Made by a program: the position numbers and the translations under genes. Below the pieces are notes generated by a model. The model searched no databases. It was not told the origin of the DNA and was given only the letters and a program-made list of their open reading frames with translations. A stretch of 64,000 bases of DNA from Octopus bimaculoides (Eukaryota): assembly GCF_001194135.2 (NCBI RefSeq), contig NC_068981.1, positions 99,643,005-99,707,004 on the forward strand, in the 5' to 3' direction. Below are positions 49,085 through 63,677 of this stretch, in pieces. Within the stretch, counting starts at the first letter, position 1. Each line of letters opens with the position of its first letter.

Positions 49085-49494
49085 AGGTGCAGACATGGTT
49101 GTGTGGTAAGAAGCTTGCTTTCCAACCACATGGTTCCGGGTTCAGTCCTACTGTGTAGCACCCTAGGCAAGTGTCTTCCATTATAGCTTTGGGCTGACCA
49201 AAAGCCTTGTGAATAGATTTGGTAGATGGAAACTGAAAGAAGCCTGTTGTATACATACATACATATATATCTATGTGTGTGTGTCTTTGTATCTGTGTTT
49301 GTCTTCCACCAATGCTTGACAACTGGTGTTGGGTCGTTTATGCCCCCATAACTTAGCAGTTTAGCAACAGCGACCAATAAAATAAGTACCAAGCTTAAAA
49401 AAACGTACTGGCGTTGATACATTCAACTAAAATCTCTAGAAGGTGGTGCCCCAACATAACCACAGTCTAATGACAAACAAGTAAAAGATAAAAG
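49085..49494 (+). mobile_element. SINE family A, full length
   Basis: Complete head, central microsatellite and gtaaaagataaaaga tail. Confidence 0.85.
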
Positions 49495-50262
49495 ACAAAC
49501 TAGGTACTTTTGGAGGATATTTGGTTGCTATACTGAGCAGCTTTTGTGCAGAGGCAGTACCATAACAAATGATGTAGATTCTAAGATGTGGTCATTGCTA
49601 GTTGCAAACTATATTGAAAAAAACATATCAGTTATTACCACTGGATCTGTAAACAGATAAGCTCTCTGTCACTAATAAACATATTCACATTACTCAACAT
49701 GTATTGAATACTTATTTGAACTATAGTTTTCCCAGCTCCAAAGTGGGCTCATTTAATATGTATGTATTACTGGTGTATATTTAAGTGGATCATAAAATAG
49801 AGCAAATAAATTTAGAGAAGCTTCAAGAAAATTAGAAACTTCGTAGATGCTTACACATAAGTCGCTGATTTATTGTTATTGTGTGAACAAGGGAACTTCA
49901 ATGCAGAAATAGCAGTTAAATTTACCACCCATCACATGCTACCGTCTTAAAAATGGGGAAGAGAAAATATACAGCATCCTAGGTAATCCTAAAAAAAAAG
50001 TAATTATCATTGCTGGAATACTTTGATCATAGGTCTACTCAGTCGGGATTGACTAAAAGCTAAATGACAACAACAGTTATTCTCATCTAAATAAAGCAGC
50101 TGAGATTGCTTACTTCTCATTTATAATACTTTCTTCATATGCTGATACTAAAAAATGAGAATGGGGCCTAATGGCAGTTAAAAGAAGGATTAACAGGTTA
50201 CTACAAAGTTATTATGCAAGAGAATTTAAAGATTTAAGTCTTTGGTGATGCAATAGTGTAAA

Positions 50263-51478
50263 TATTAGGTAGGCCAAAAAGTTTCTTCGCTTTTTTAAGG
50301 GAAAATAAGGCAAGTTTTAAATATAAAATGATTTATTCAATTAATGAAATAATTGCCATCTGGTATCTTCTGCAATCTTGAGGACAGATCCATTATTCCC
50401 TGCTAAAAGAATTTCCTGTTGTTACTAGTAAAAAATTCTTCCAGGTGAACTTTTACATCCTCTTTAGAGCTGAAGCTTGATCCATTCAATAAATTTTGAA
50501 GAAACCAAAACAGGTGGAAATCTAAAAGTACAAGGCTGGACAAATAAGGACTATGAGGCAAAACATACCAGCCAAGTCCCAGTAATGTTTTCCACATCTG
50601 CAAAGAAGTGTATGATTTGGCATTGTTGTAATGATTAGCAAGTTCTGGATGTTTTTGGTGGATTGCTGCTTTAATTTGTCCAAATTGATGGCCCTGTTTA
50701 TGTTAAAGACACTTGTGAAAGAAAACAGCCTTCCAATGCCACCAAATTGAAAGTATAACCTTCTTTGGGAGAAATCCTATTTGGAGGTTGTTACTGGTGG
50801 GTTGTCACACTTACCCTATGATTCTTTGCAGTTTACATTAAGACAATCCATTTTTTTTTTGGCCTCAGTCACCATTTTCTTCAAGAAAGGATTGTTTTCT
50901 TCATGCATCTGTAACAAATCACAGATGGACATTTGTTGAGTGAGGTTAGCCTCATTCAATTGCTGTGGGACTCAAACATTGAACTTGCTGACACAACCAA
51001 GTTGAATCAGATGGCTTTTCAACATCAATTTTGACACTTGGATCTACAATTATCCTAGTTATATAACAAGGGTTGGTCTCGACTAACTCATTCACTTTGT
51101 TACCATTGCAGTTGGTTGCCCTGAGCAAGGTGCATCTTGAATGGAAAAAATTGTCTGATCAAAATCTTGAAAATCATTTCTGGCTATGCCTTAAATCAAA
51201 AGAGTTTGATCTTTCAATCAAAATCTTGAAAATCATGTCTGGCACAGAAATAACAGCATTCTCTCTGTACACAGCACATATCCTCCAAGAGGTTTCTACT
51301 GCTTTCTTGTCTTTTTATAAATAAAAAAAATCATAATGTGTCAATAATGTTTACTTAGATTCTTCATTTTCAGTGTAATCTCAAGCACACAAAATACAAC
51401 CTGTCTCATCACAGTATCTAACAAGTATGCATGCACAAAAGTAAAAAAAAGTGAAATAGCTTTTTGACCAACACAATA
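50263..51478 (-). mobile_element. Degenerate mariner element (~1.2 kb)
   Basis: Ends tattaggtaggccaaaaagtt / agctttttgaccaacacaata. ORF 50403-50603 LGWYVLPHSPY..LVLLDFHLFWFLQNLLNG. Confidence 0.8.
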
Positions 51479-52529
51479 ATAATTATAATAATCACCATAA
51501 ATGACAATTCATCTAATGAAAATTGAGTCATATTTCCCTTGCAAAAACAAACTGCATTCAAGAGACATTGATATTTTCATGTTAAAACTAAACTTCTATG
51601 TGAAGTGCAAAACAACTCGGTACAAATACATCACGTTTCATGTAGATCAAGTTCAGTAACTTAATAGATTCTGGATTAAGCCTTTTCCTTCACCTATTTT
51701 CCCACCATGTTATCACTGTCTTATGGCGTTTCTGACTCATCCCATTTTAGAGCTTGCCTCTTCCCTTTGAATTCTGCTTTGAATTCATCTGTTACTCCTT
51801 CAAACATTTTTATAATCTGCGTAACTTACTGACTGGCATCTCCCCCCTCCATATGCTCAACTCAGATTCTTTATCTATTCCCATCTTTCCTGTCATACAT
51901 ATTTATTCAAATTGAATACCACAACCCTAACACTGCCTAACGACCCTCCCATTCCACGTCATACTGGTTCACATGTACCACCAAGAACCTCAACTAAGTT
52001 GGACCAAAGTCCACAAATGTTGCCATAGAGAAGGGAAAACCAATGTGTCTCTCATCTTCCAAGATGGTAAGCTGTAATTTGAGGCTATTTGACTGCTATT
52101 TCAAGCAAGGTGAGTGACCATGTAGAGGCTCCTATATATCTGTAGATAGTGGTAGTGGCAATAATGGAAGTGGTAAGGTGAAATTAGTGTGAACATGATT
52201 GCTTCTGCTTTGTTGCACCTCCCAGAACAACATTAGGGAATATCGATACTATTGAAGCTGTTGTGAATTTGTGTTCATGTAGTCTTCTTTATGTTTTTTT
52301 TTTTTGGACTGAATATGTCAGTTTGAATGTGTGAGAGAGAGAGAGAGAGAAGGAAAGAGGGTGAGAGAGAGAGGAGGAGAGGAAGTGTGTGTGTGTGTGT
52401 GTATGTGTGTATATTCTGTCTGAAGATGCTGTTTTAGTAAGGTTCTGTACATGAATTTGTTTGGTGGTAATTGTGCATGAAGTGTCAAGGAATGTGAGAG
52501 TTGTATCTCACTGCAGTAACAAACACTGC

Positions 52530-53160
52530 CCCCAACTCACAAGTGGTTGTTAATTTTTAATATTTTGTTTTGTTTTTATGTCAAGCTTGTGAAGCTGTTA
52601 AGTGCATTGTTTTGGATTCTTTGCAGTCTGTAATAACTTGTTGTGGAGAGGTTGGGATACTAGGCAAGGATAACATAAACCTTGCTGGATCCAATGCATT
52701 GTTTGCATAGTGATGCTGCTATTTCTTTGTGATGGCCAAGTGTGGAGCCTGTGATTGTTCTAAGTATCTTTGTATACCTTTACTATGTCTTCTACATGTG
52801 ATGTGAATTTTGCAGAGATGCTGAATTTGAAATTCCTAGTTGTTTTTTTCTTTTGTATATTTAGTGTTTGTTGTTGAGTGATGGTGAAACTGTTATGAAA
52901 GAATTCAGTGCATTTGATAGGTACTGCTATAAGAGTGATACCCACTGGAACCAAATTTCTAGGTGGTTGCTAGTGGGTTGGACAAATTGCACAGCTGAAT
53001 CTGGGAAGTCTTGGTAAGTGTGACTGATACTATCTACATATGAAGTTCTATGTTTGTTTTGAAATGGTATGAGAAGTTTGTGTTAGTAGTAAAGAGACAA
53101 GTAGGAAGAGAGATCCTTGTGTTATTACATTCAGGAAATTGCAGATTATAGACGGTTTCT
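52530..53160 (-). mobile_element. Ancient LINE RT/thumb remnant, Ingi/I-like
   Basis: VITQGSL (cf. GVPQGSVL), SYVDSI (cf. YADD), LRTITGSTLGHHKE...A*YPNLSTT..RLQRIQNNAL. Strong A/C strand skew. Confidence 0.55.
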
Positions 53161-54219
53161 TGATTTTTAATACATAAGTGTGATAACTTGAGAAGTAGTT
53201 TACAAGCCAATTTTCTGTTATTTGTTAAAGTGTTGAGTATTTTAGGTTTAAGTGAATAACAAGGGATGGAATCTAGAGATTTACTGGTATCAGTAGTAGT
53301 TGGAATGGTACTTTTTTTTTTGTAGTTGAAGCCATTCTTATACTTCTGTGTAAGATTTGTGAGTAGAGATCTGAATTTGTGCTGTGATTTGGAGAGAGAA
53401 ATGTGTGATTAGAGACACTAAGTGAGTTTTTCTAAAATTGTTGAGGGTGTGCATAGGAAAATAATGGATTTGTATTATGCTACTACACTTTTTTTATTTT
53501 TATTTTGTTGGGCTTTAATATTGTGGTGATTTTGATCAGCATTATTTTTATGTAGTGTATGTATTTTTGACTTAAACAACTCCTTATACTTTGAATATAA
53601 TGTGAAAGTTATGTTTTCTCTCAGCTAATATATTTTTTACGCTCCACTGATTCGTGGGGGAGTTACAGCAAACTTTCAAAATAACAGGTATCTTGGGGAT
53701 TTTAGATGCTTTTATTGTGAATTTTCCGTTGCTTTAGGAACTTTAAAAAAATAATTTCATTACATAAATAAAATAGGTGTAGTGAATACGAAACAGAGAT
53801 TTCATTGCTTGGCAATGTTTTGAAGTAAGCCCTGTAACTCTTTTATTCTTGTTTTTATGTGCAAAATGAATTCAGGGTATTCTTTTTCAGAAACATAATC
53901 TCTTAAGTTTAAAATTTACAATTTAGAAAAGAATATTTGAAAAAGTTTCCAATGAATGAAAAGTCATGGTCACAAAATAAGAACTTCAAAATGGAGAATA
54001 GGGAAGGTGGCAAAAAATAGAAATAACTGAAATTTGAAAAGAAAAAACTTCTGGCAGAATTATAATCTTTAATGTTTAAAACATATAAATTCAAAAGAAG
54101 AAAAGGTTCTGAAAAAAAAAAAAAAAAGAATAAAAATGTTATGGGAATAGTGCTTATCCTGAAACTTTGCCAAGTAGTATTCATTGTACAGTATTTTTAC
54201 TACTGCATTAATCGATAAA

Positions 54220-54560
54220 TGTGGAGGCGCAATGGCCCAGTGGTTAGGGCAGCGGACTCGCAGTCATAGGATTGTGGTTTCAATTCCCAGACCGGGCGTT
54301 GTGAGTGTTTATTGAGTGAAAACACCTAAAGCTCCACGAGGCTCTGGCAGAGGATGGTGGCGAACCCTGCTGTACTCTTCCACCACAACTTTCTCTCACT
54401 CTTTCTTCCTGTTTCTGTTGTGCCTGTAATTCAAAGGGTCAGCCTTGTCACACGGTGTCACGCTGAATATCCCCGAGAACTACGTTAAGGGTACACGTGT
54501 CTGTGGAGTGCTCAGCCACTTGCACGTTAATTTCACGAGCAGGCTGTTCCGTTGATCAAA
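54220..54560 (+). mobile_element. tRNA-derived SINE, family C, truncated by an N gap
   Basis: A-box TGGCCCAGTGG (54233-54243), B-box-like GGTTTCAATTCC (54276-54287), followed by a long non-tRNA body. Confidence 0.8.
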
Positions 54561-57500
54561 NNNNNNNNNNNNNNNNNNNNNNNNNNNNNNNNNNNNNNNN
54601 NNNNNNNNNNNNNNNNNNNNNNNNNNNNNNNNNNNNNNNNNNNNNNNNNNNNNNNNNNNNNNNNNNNNNNNNNNNNNNNNNNNNNNNNNNNNNNNNNNNN
54701 NNNNNNNNNNNNNNNNNNNNNNNNNNNNNNNNNNNNNNNNNNNNNNNNNNNNNNNNNNNNNNNNNNNNNNNNNNNNNNNNNNNNNNNNNNNNNNNNNNNN
54801 NNNNNNNNNNNNNNNNNNNNNNNNNNNNNNNNNNNNNNNNNNNNNNNNNNNNNNNNNNNNNNNNNNNNNNNNNNNNNNNNNNNNNNNNNNNNNNNNNNNN
54901 NNNNNNNNNNNNNNNNNNNNNNNNNNNNNNNNNNNNNNNNNNNNNNNNNNNNNNNNNNNNNNNNNNNNNNNNNNNNNNNNNNNNNNNNNNNNNNNNNNNN
55001 NNNNNNNNNNNNNNNNNNNNNNNNNNNNNNNNNNNNNNNNNNNNNNNNNNNNNNNNNNNNNNNNNNNNNNNNNNNNNNNNNNNNNNNNNNNNNNNNNNNN
55101 NNNNNNNNNNNNNNNNNNNNNNNNNNNNNNNNGGAGGGGGGAGAATATTATGGAGAAGGATTAGGACAAAAGTAAATAGATATTGTTGTAGAGGATTGGA
55201 ACTTGACAACAGTTACTATGAATCAACAAAAGAACTTCTTGACTGGCTAGAAGTAGCAACAAAATCTCTCTTAAGCCATACCATTGGATGGTCCTGGTTA
55301 GAATGATTTTTATCATAAACCCATTTAATCAAAGTTGGCTGACTAATAAAAAAGCTATTACAACACCTATAATAGAGTAACAATCCCTTCACATGTAAAG
55401 GAAACACACAACAGTAAATTCTCTCTCTCTCTTTATTGAACAATGACAGCTAAAACCTTTATACGTTTTACAAATGTAAGGCTTCAATGTAGTGTCACTG
55501 ATAAGTTCTCGTGACTACAACATTGACACAAATGGTCCAGGGATAAGGACCCCAAATTATAACTAACTTAGGCTCTTATAATCAATTTCAAAAAAATTAT
55601 ATTAGCAATACTGTGATCAATTTGTTTACTAAACCCTTCAAGGTGGTGCCCCAGTATAGCTACAGTCCAATGGCTGAAACAAGTAAAAGGCAAAATATAA
55701 AAGATGTAGGAATGATGCAGAAATCTCAACACTCTCAACTGATCCATGTATTTAAGTGCTTTTCTTAAACCTTTCTATGCAACTGTTATATATGCTGTGA
55801 GTTGATTCAAATCAAGATGAATATTATGTTATTATTAAACCAGTCACCTCAGATGAACTAATAACCATCTGAACTAATAATCTTTACTGGGTATCATAGT
55901 TCAATATTACTGTTTTTTTCTTCTTAAAATATGATAAAAATTGTAAATAAATAGCAAAAACGGTAACATAAACATGTACACTTTCTTCATTGACAGCAAT
56001 TCCTTAAGCCTAGAACAGCTGCTGACACTATACAATAGATAAATGTACTATACCTTATAATAGATAACTATTCACATATTTAGGATAGAGCAGCTGCAAC
56101 ATATACAAATACAACATGCAAAAGAAAACCATCTGATTGTTTGGAAACCATTTTCTCACTAAAATGCTATAACTTTTTGTACACCAATAGGCTGTACCCG
56201 CCCACACTCTCAATGGTTGTTGTTCCTTTGAACCAAGAAGTTCATCTAATTCACCAGCCCCCTCTCCTCTCGTCATGCTTACTGTGACAACCCCAAACCA
56301 AACACCAAACACTTCACCTCAAACTCTATTCACAGTACTTCTGTCCCTGTGAACTACTTCAGTTCATGTTTTACATACATGTAACAATCTGTAGCATTTC
56401 AACCTGATTATCAACAGCACTGACTTCACAGATCTGTTTATGAGCACTGCCTTATCTTACTGGACTAAAATATATATAATTTAGTGATTTGATTATAATG
56501 TGTACTGAGTAAATTCCTGGCCATGTGATAGGTACACTGTAGCTTTCTGGCCATGCTATGCTGGGTACCAAATAGTAACCTGTATATAATATGTAGGCAA
56601 CAGTTTGATGACAATTTATTTTGTAAACAAATTTTTTTGTGATAACTACAGTAAACATGAGTGCTAGTCTCTTTCCACATTTCATAGTTTCTCCTTTTAC
56701 ATAGTACATTAAAAAAAAAGTATGCATGCATTATATTCTCATATTAATATAACATATATAACACATATACTACAAAAGATACACACACTTCATCATCTTT
56801 TCCTGTTCCCCTTCACTAAATTATACAGTATACATAAAGTTCAAGATGCATACAAATAAGACACACACACACAAACGATGCCCCTACCCTTCTCTCCTTC
56901 ATGATACCAATTAACACAGCACAGTTTCTAATATTTTTTTCTCTCCTCACTATATTTTCTTTCTCCATTATATTCATGATGTAAACTATTATTCTTGGTT
57001 TTGTTTTGTTCACCTGATTATCTTAGTCACATTAATTTCTAGCTTCCTGACAGATCTTCATTAGTTGTAATTTTGACTTCATTAATGATACAAAAAAAAC
57101 CATAACCCACAAACAAATACATATAAAAACATCTTTCACTTAGAAAATTCTAATTTTGTTTACCAGTAGTTACAATGATTTTCTCCCTACACCTGAGCTC
57201 TCGCTTAGTTATGGGTTGAAATAATTAGAGAAACAATAACAATACAGGTGTAACCAGTGATGAAAATGAGTTTTAGAAACTAAGGCTACTCTAAGGTTCG
57301 CAAGAGGGGAACCAAGGAAAATGTGTGTTTTTTTATCTCTTTGTTCTTTTTTGTGGCTCAGTCAAAGGAAGAAGAGCAGGTAGATCTCCTGACCCATGGC
57401 AGGTCTGTGATACTGATGGAAGAAAGGAGTAAGAAATAACACATGGGTTTCTGTAGAAGGAAACAGAACATCAAGATACTGAATTGCTTCACAATGGAGA

Positions 57501-57914
57501 CTTGGTCCAAATTCTTGCAAAAGGGAGGACACCTGACCTTTGGATGCTTTTAGCATTCAAGGGTCAGGTGGTGGTCTTAAACTGAGTGATGGATTAAATC
57601 TCTCACCAAAGAACAGGTGCAATCCATTTTATCAGCCCAAATTTCTTCACAAGTCTTGATTGACTTAAATCTCTGATAGAAAATAAGATGCTGTAGGTGA
57701 GATCAAAGCTGGAACTATATAATTGTGAACTTCATAACCAAATGGCCATGTCTGCACTTTGATAATACTGGCAAGCATCAGATTACAAACTGTTTCCTGA
57801 TGTCAGGAAACACAGAAATCAATTTCCTAACCAATTTCGATTTCTCTTAAGAAAACTTTATGTATTTGTTATAGTCGGTTTTTCTTAATTTAATCTATAT
57901 TAACTGTTTTATTC

Positions 57915-58172
57915 CAGGAAATAGAAATTGTGGAAGCCTGTCATATCTGTTTATCTGTGTGCATGTGTGTGTGTTTGCTGCCTCCACCCCTCCGCCTCCA
58001 CTTGACAACCAGTGCTGTCTTGTCTCTTTAACTTAGCAGTTTGGTAAAAGAGACCAATAAAATATCAGACTTAAAAATAAATACTGCAGTTGATTGTTCC
58101 AACTGAACTTCAAGGTGTACCCCACCATGGTTGCAGTTCAGTGACTGAAACAAGTAAGAGATAAAGAATAAG
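57915..58172 (+). mobile_element. SINE family A, 3' half
   Basis: acttgacaaccagtgctg...aacttagcagtttgg...gactgaaacaagtaagagataaaga. Confidence 0.7.
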
Positions 58173-58204
58173 AGAGATGCAATGGCAGTAAGTTTTAAAT
58201 GTTC

Positions 58205-59590
58205 ATCATCATCATCCTTCAACCAACCTATGGTTGATCAGAACTCCATTGACAATCCCTTTCCACACTACACAGTCCTGCATTGTTGTGTTCAGATCTC
58301 TGATATCCAGCCCTGAGTCCTGAGATTTGGTACCTGGAAATGTTAGTTTCCTGGAGAAAGAACTTCCAGAAGGATGCCATAGGAGCAGGGATGAGGTGAC
58401 CACTTTCTCTGCTTGATGACAGTGGCCAGCAAATTGTAACCATTTCTGCTTTAGCTTGAGAGATATTGGTATCAAGTTTCCATAGATGTAATTAAGTGTT
58501 GGGTGTGATCTCCAACTGTATCTTTCTGAGCAGGTTGCTATGCTTCATCTAGTTGTTTTTCTAAAAGAGCCAATAAGGTCCAGGTCTCCAATCCATAGAG
58601 AAGGACTGGCTCAGTCAGTGATCTAAATATTTTAACTTTTAATGTGGGTGGAAGGTTTGAGTGCCAGATCTTATCAAGTCTGTTACATGCATACCAAGCA
58701 AGAGCTTTGCTGATGTGAAAGTCCTTTTGGGAGTCTGCTATGTGTGATCCAAGATATTTAAAGTCATCAATGCTTTTGATTGATATATTATTGGGTGATT
58801 TAAGTTCAGTTAACTTGGAGGAGGTTGTGATAAACTCTGTCTTACTCTCATTGCAGTAAAGGCCAACCTGGTCTGCTGCTTTCTCCAGTGCTTGTAACAA
58901 AGATTCTGCATCTTTAATACAATGGGATAGCAAGGCAAGATCGTCAGCAAAGTCAAGATCAGTTAAATATTGTGCACAATGCCGACTGCTCTGGTGTGGT
59001 TTCAAAAGGAGTCCCTTTTCTTCCATACCATCTAGGGAAATGCATAGAACATAGTCAAGAACTATAGGCGTAGGAGTGGCTGTGTGGTAAGTAGCTTGCT
59101 TACCAACCACATGGTTCTGGGTTCAGTCCCACTGCATGGCACCTTGGGCAAGTGTCTTCTACTATATCCTCAGGCCGACCAAAGCCTCGTGAGTGGATTT
59201 GGTAGATGGAAACTAAAAGAAGCCTGTCGTATATATGTATATATATATGTATGTGTGTCTGTGTTTGTCCCCTCCAACATTGCTTGACAACCGATGCTCG
59301 TGTGTTTACGTAACCGTAACTTAGCGGTTTGGCAAAAGGGACCTAAAGAATAAGTACTAGGCTTACAAAGAATAAGCTCTGGGGTTGATTTACTTGACTA
59401 AAGGCGGTGCTCTAGCATGACCACAGTCAAAATGACTGAAACAACTAAAAAAGAGTAAAAAAAAAAAAAGAGTGAGAACAGTGATGAATAAAAAAGGAGC
59501 GAGTGTGTCACCCTGCAGGACACCTGCTTCAATTTCAAATGTTAAACTTCTGACCAAATGGAATGCGCTGAAACTTTGCATTTTATCCTT
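58205..59590 (-). mobile_element. RTE-type LINE (second family) interrupted by a SINE
   Basis: AGVLQGDTLAPFLFI (59474-59581) resumes as VLDYVL...LTDLDFADDLALLS...FKYLGS...LYGLETWTL (58538-59066). (TGA)n tail at ~58205. Confidence 0.9.
59067..59473 (+). mobile_element. SINE family A, young full-length copy
   Basis: ggcgtaggagtggctgtgtggtaag head to A-rich tail. Imperfect agaac(ta/ag)t duplication at the flanks. Confidence 0.9.
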
Positions 59591-62140
59591 AAATTATAAA
59601 CATAATGCAGAGGTGAAAAGACTATATATATGGTATTTGACAATTAACTCAGGTGTTAAGGCTATCTATCTCTATAGATTTTCTATAGAAATTATAGCCA
59701 GCACTGATTTGTTATGAACAAGAGATAACCTTAACAATTGATTTAATGGTACTGCTAACACAGTAGAACACAGTATTGACATACAAAAGTGTTTAATATA
59801 CTTTGTAGTATATTATGGTTGCATAATGAAATATAGTGTCCCTACAATTCATTAATTAACTCAGGGTTTATGAGTTCCAAATCCACAGCAAGTATTTTGA
59901 TATAACATATGCATACTTCACAAGATACACACACTCACACACACCTCACCATTTTTTCAAGCTCTACTGCATAAAATTGAAGATGTATACAAATATATAC
60001 AAATACACACACTACACATCATACACAAACATACACTGCTGTTATTTTTCTCACCTTCATGATACTAATTAACACAGTACAATTCCCAATGATATTTTTT
60101 CTCTCATCACTCTATTTTTTCCTACAATATATCCACTATATACACAATTATTCTTAGTTTGGTTATGTCTTCAAGCAGAGAATTTTTTCTATTTGCTTCA
60201 GTGTACTTAGCTTTTTGGCATAGATACCAGAGTTAACTACAAGAAACTGGCAGCCTATCCTGAGGAAGATTTGTCTCAAGAGAAATCAAAATCTTAATTT
60301 TTATTTCAATGGATGTATGATGTTTATAAAATGAACATTTTATTTTAATGCACATAACTTTGCTTGCTTTTGTCTGGCCAGTGTAAAAACAAGATTCTAT
60401 TCCGACTTCACAGTTGAATGATTTATAATAGGATGAACATTCATTCTCCAATTATTCTAAGAAAAACCATAATATTAAATAAAATACACAAAATAATTCA
60501 ATCATTTTTTACTTAACAATTAATTATATCCTTCTCTTAAAACAAAACCATTCAAAGCAAATTCATATAATACAAATATTTAAATTTACAAACCCCGTCA
60601 TAGAAAGAAATTTGCAAAATAGGATGTGTAATTAGCAGCTTAATTGCTTAAAAGTTGACAGTTTTCATGGTTTGTTTGAAAAAAAGATTTTATTTATCTT
60701 TTTATTTCATTATATAACACTTTGTGAAGTTGAAAATGTTTCTTAAAAAGAATCTTTCACAAAAGACATTTATTACAATGGGAATATACAAACTTTTTCC
60801 TGATGATTAAAACTATTTATTGCTATTAGCACTAACAACATTAGAAATTATTATTACTATTGAATGTTAGAAATTATTAATAATACTGATACATTATTGT
60901 AGATAGAGATTTTGGATTTAGCAGCTACATTTCTGGCAATTTTTTCTGTCCTAGTATTTGTTCTATTTATGGCTTTTTTTATTTGCATTGATTGACATAT
61001 GTCCCATCTGACGCAAGAAGTTTACTACCATTACCAAGGTTCAGGAAGCCACATTCTTCCATAGGGAGATTACTGACAGCAAGTGGAAGCTGAATACAAA
61101 AATCCCACACAGATACTGCAAGGCATCTCATCTTTGTTCTGTCAGTTATGCCCTGACCTGATATTTTTATTTATCAACAATGAAAGGAATAAGGAAAAAG
61201 TTGGCTTTGGTAGGACTTGAACTCAGAGCACAGTGAGTTTGAACAAACATCTAAACACATTCTATCTAACATTCTAATGTCTCAGCCAATTTGTTTCTTG
61301 GATAATTCCCCTTTAAGCCTTGTTTTAACTGTAGTTAAGGTTTGCATGGTTAAAAAATACTTCTTTCCCTCAGTCGGAATATGAAGAAAATACTGCAAGT
61401 GAGAGATGTCAGCTGTCTTAACCTACAAAATTCAAACTGCAGTTGGTGCATTAAAGATTTCCCAATGTGACAGAAAACCATAAATTGTGTGGAAGGAGAT
61501 ATAGCTAATTGAATCAGCTTAAGTGCATGTTTGATACTTATTAAACTGTCCACCATCCATAGGGTGAAACTAAATACTAGCTACTTCATCACTTCTACAA
61601 TTTGTTAATAATTGTTACTGACCTATTGTTATCTGCTTTTATATTTGACATGTTACTTATGTACAGATGACAACTGTATCGATGAAAATTTATAGTTTTG
61701 TAATTAATATCTTACTAATTACTGTATTTTAAGGTTATTGATTGCAATAATATTAATTAATGTTGAGGGTGAAGGTGGAGTTCCATTGTTCTAGCATTCT
61801 CACATGACTGTCAACTATAGTTACTTGTAGATTAAAAATCAACTAACACTTTAGCTAATGAAAAGGTATCTAAGTAAAGTGGTATGATATCCAAAAGGAA
61901 ACAATTCAGAATAAATATCACACATGAGGCCAATATCTCTTGTTTAATGTTATAGAACTAATTATTAATGAAATATAATGGATAACATCAAGATAGATGT
62001 CAGTTATTGATTTAAGTAACAGTTCCATGCAGTACTATGGTTACATTTCCCTTCTTATATTCCTTATATTTAAGGAATTGATTATAATCTGACAAGAGAT
62101 ATGAAGTAGTACTTTCCTAAGAATATACAACAGTATAAGT

Positions 62141-62340
62141 ATGAAGATATTGGTCTTCATCCTGTCCTGCTACTACTGCAATAACAGCTTCTGCACTTCT
62201 GAATTAGCAAGCTGCACACCACCTCTGTCCCTGCCCATGTCCAGCAAGTGCTTAAGTCTCTCTTACTCTCATTATACCTCAAGTGCCTTATATCCAGATC
62301 CAGCACTTAATACTTTGCCTAATCTATTTTTGCCTTGAGT
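62141..62340 (+). mobile_element. Possible CR1/Jockey-type LINE 3' remnant
   Basis: CTSELASCTPPL...LSYSHY...NTLPNLFLP resembles the CSxELAxCxPPL...SHPY...SFxP C-terminus of such elements. Confidence 0.4.
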
Positions 62341-63677
62341 TACATCCTTCTCAGATAACCCACGTTTCCTGCACAATCACCAGTTTAGAGAAGTCCAAGA
62401 GGAACAATTTCAACAATGACTTTTTGAAAATACTGGGTATCAAATAAAACAACTTCAATAGCAATGAAATCATAAGAAAAGCAGACCAACACCCAATGTT
62501 CATGACTATCTGCAAGTGCCAACTGAGGACATATAACACTCCTGACAAACAGACTCACCAATCAAGTCCTTAAGTAGGACATTTAAGGGCAACTGCACAA
62601 AGAATGTCCCAAGATGAACTGGCATCAGACAATCAACAGGGACCTGGTAAACCTATAATGAAATGATGCACTGAGGGTAGCTGTTGACCAATCCTGCAAG
62701 ACAACTTTGAATTCCTCATGCATTATCCAATGCAGGAGCATTTAAGCTTTAGTATGTCAAGTGGATCAACACTTGCATCAGTCTTACCTACCTGGACAGG
62801 CCTCCAACAATATTGAGTAAATAATTAAGAACAAAACTAAGCAAACTTAATAATGTCAAAGTCTGGTAAGTATTTAGATAGATGAGTGCTTTGAAAACTC
62901 AGTAGTTACAAACATTTTTTTCTAAATCATTAGGGATGGTCATCTATTGATAACATACTTCTGATCAGGTGAAGCCAAGTAAATGTTTTGATTTATTTCA
63001 TGAATTCAAAGAATAACCACACTTAGAGTCATTCATTGTTGTATATCTTGCAAGAAAAATTACTATTTGATAGAACCTTTGATACAAAACAATTTATTGA
63101 TACACTACTGATAAATTTGATTTGGATTTAAGAACAATTAAAATACCAGCTAGAAGAGTTAATATGTTAACTTCCTACTGGCAGAAAAGCTGATGTCGCA
63201 TTCATATGCACACCACTAGTGACAAAATGTGAATTCCATTGGCTTGCTAAACTGAATGTTGCTGTTAGAGCTGGTAGTAATAGCAACCAAATATCTTCTA
63301 ATCACACCCTACTGTATCAGAAAGAAACACATTGGGTAGTGAGGTCTAAGTGCATAGTACCTGGGAAAAAGATGTGATTGTCACAACTGAAATGCCTTTG
63401 ATCACGTCTGCTTTATCAGAGCCAACATAGAGCTAAACAATTATAGCAGCAGTGACAACAATGCAAACAACAACTAAAAATAGTTCAGTGTATAGAAGTA
63501 TCTTAATGTTTATAACATAACTATATACATTAAGCTGTATTTTATGAAAAGTTAAAACTTCTTGACTCATAACTTTTAGTTTCACATTTTCAATTGTTCA
63601 AATAATTGAAGTAAGGGAAACAATGTGACAGTATATAAGCTGAAATATTTGCAAACATATTGAAATATGATTAGTCA

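Noticed and set aside
51690-51830. VTQIIKMFEGVTDEFKAEF, weakly like CNGB1 LVKLFKERTEKVKEKL
   Set aside because: No pyrimidine tract, ends in a stop without a donor, and GKRQALKWDE fits the RTE RGRPRKTWDE tail better.
54085-54130. Poly-T + CAG strong acceptor on the minus strand
   Set aside because: Downstream frames are stopped or low-complexity with no donor; probably just an A-run.
60233-60451. CFYTGQTK ORF resembling a GIY-YIG endonuclease
   Set aside because: Only one loose motif and no adjacent PLE RT or terminal repeat recognised; insufficient without a profile search.
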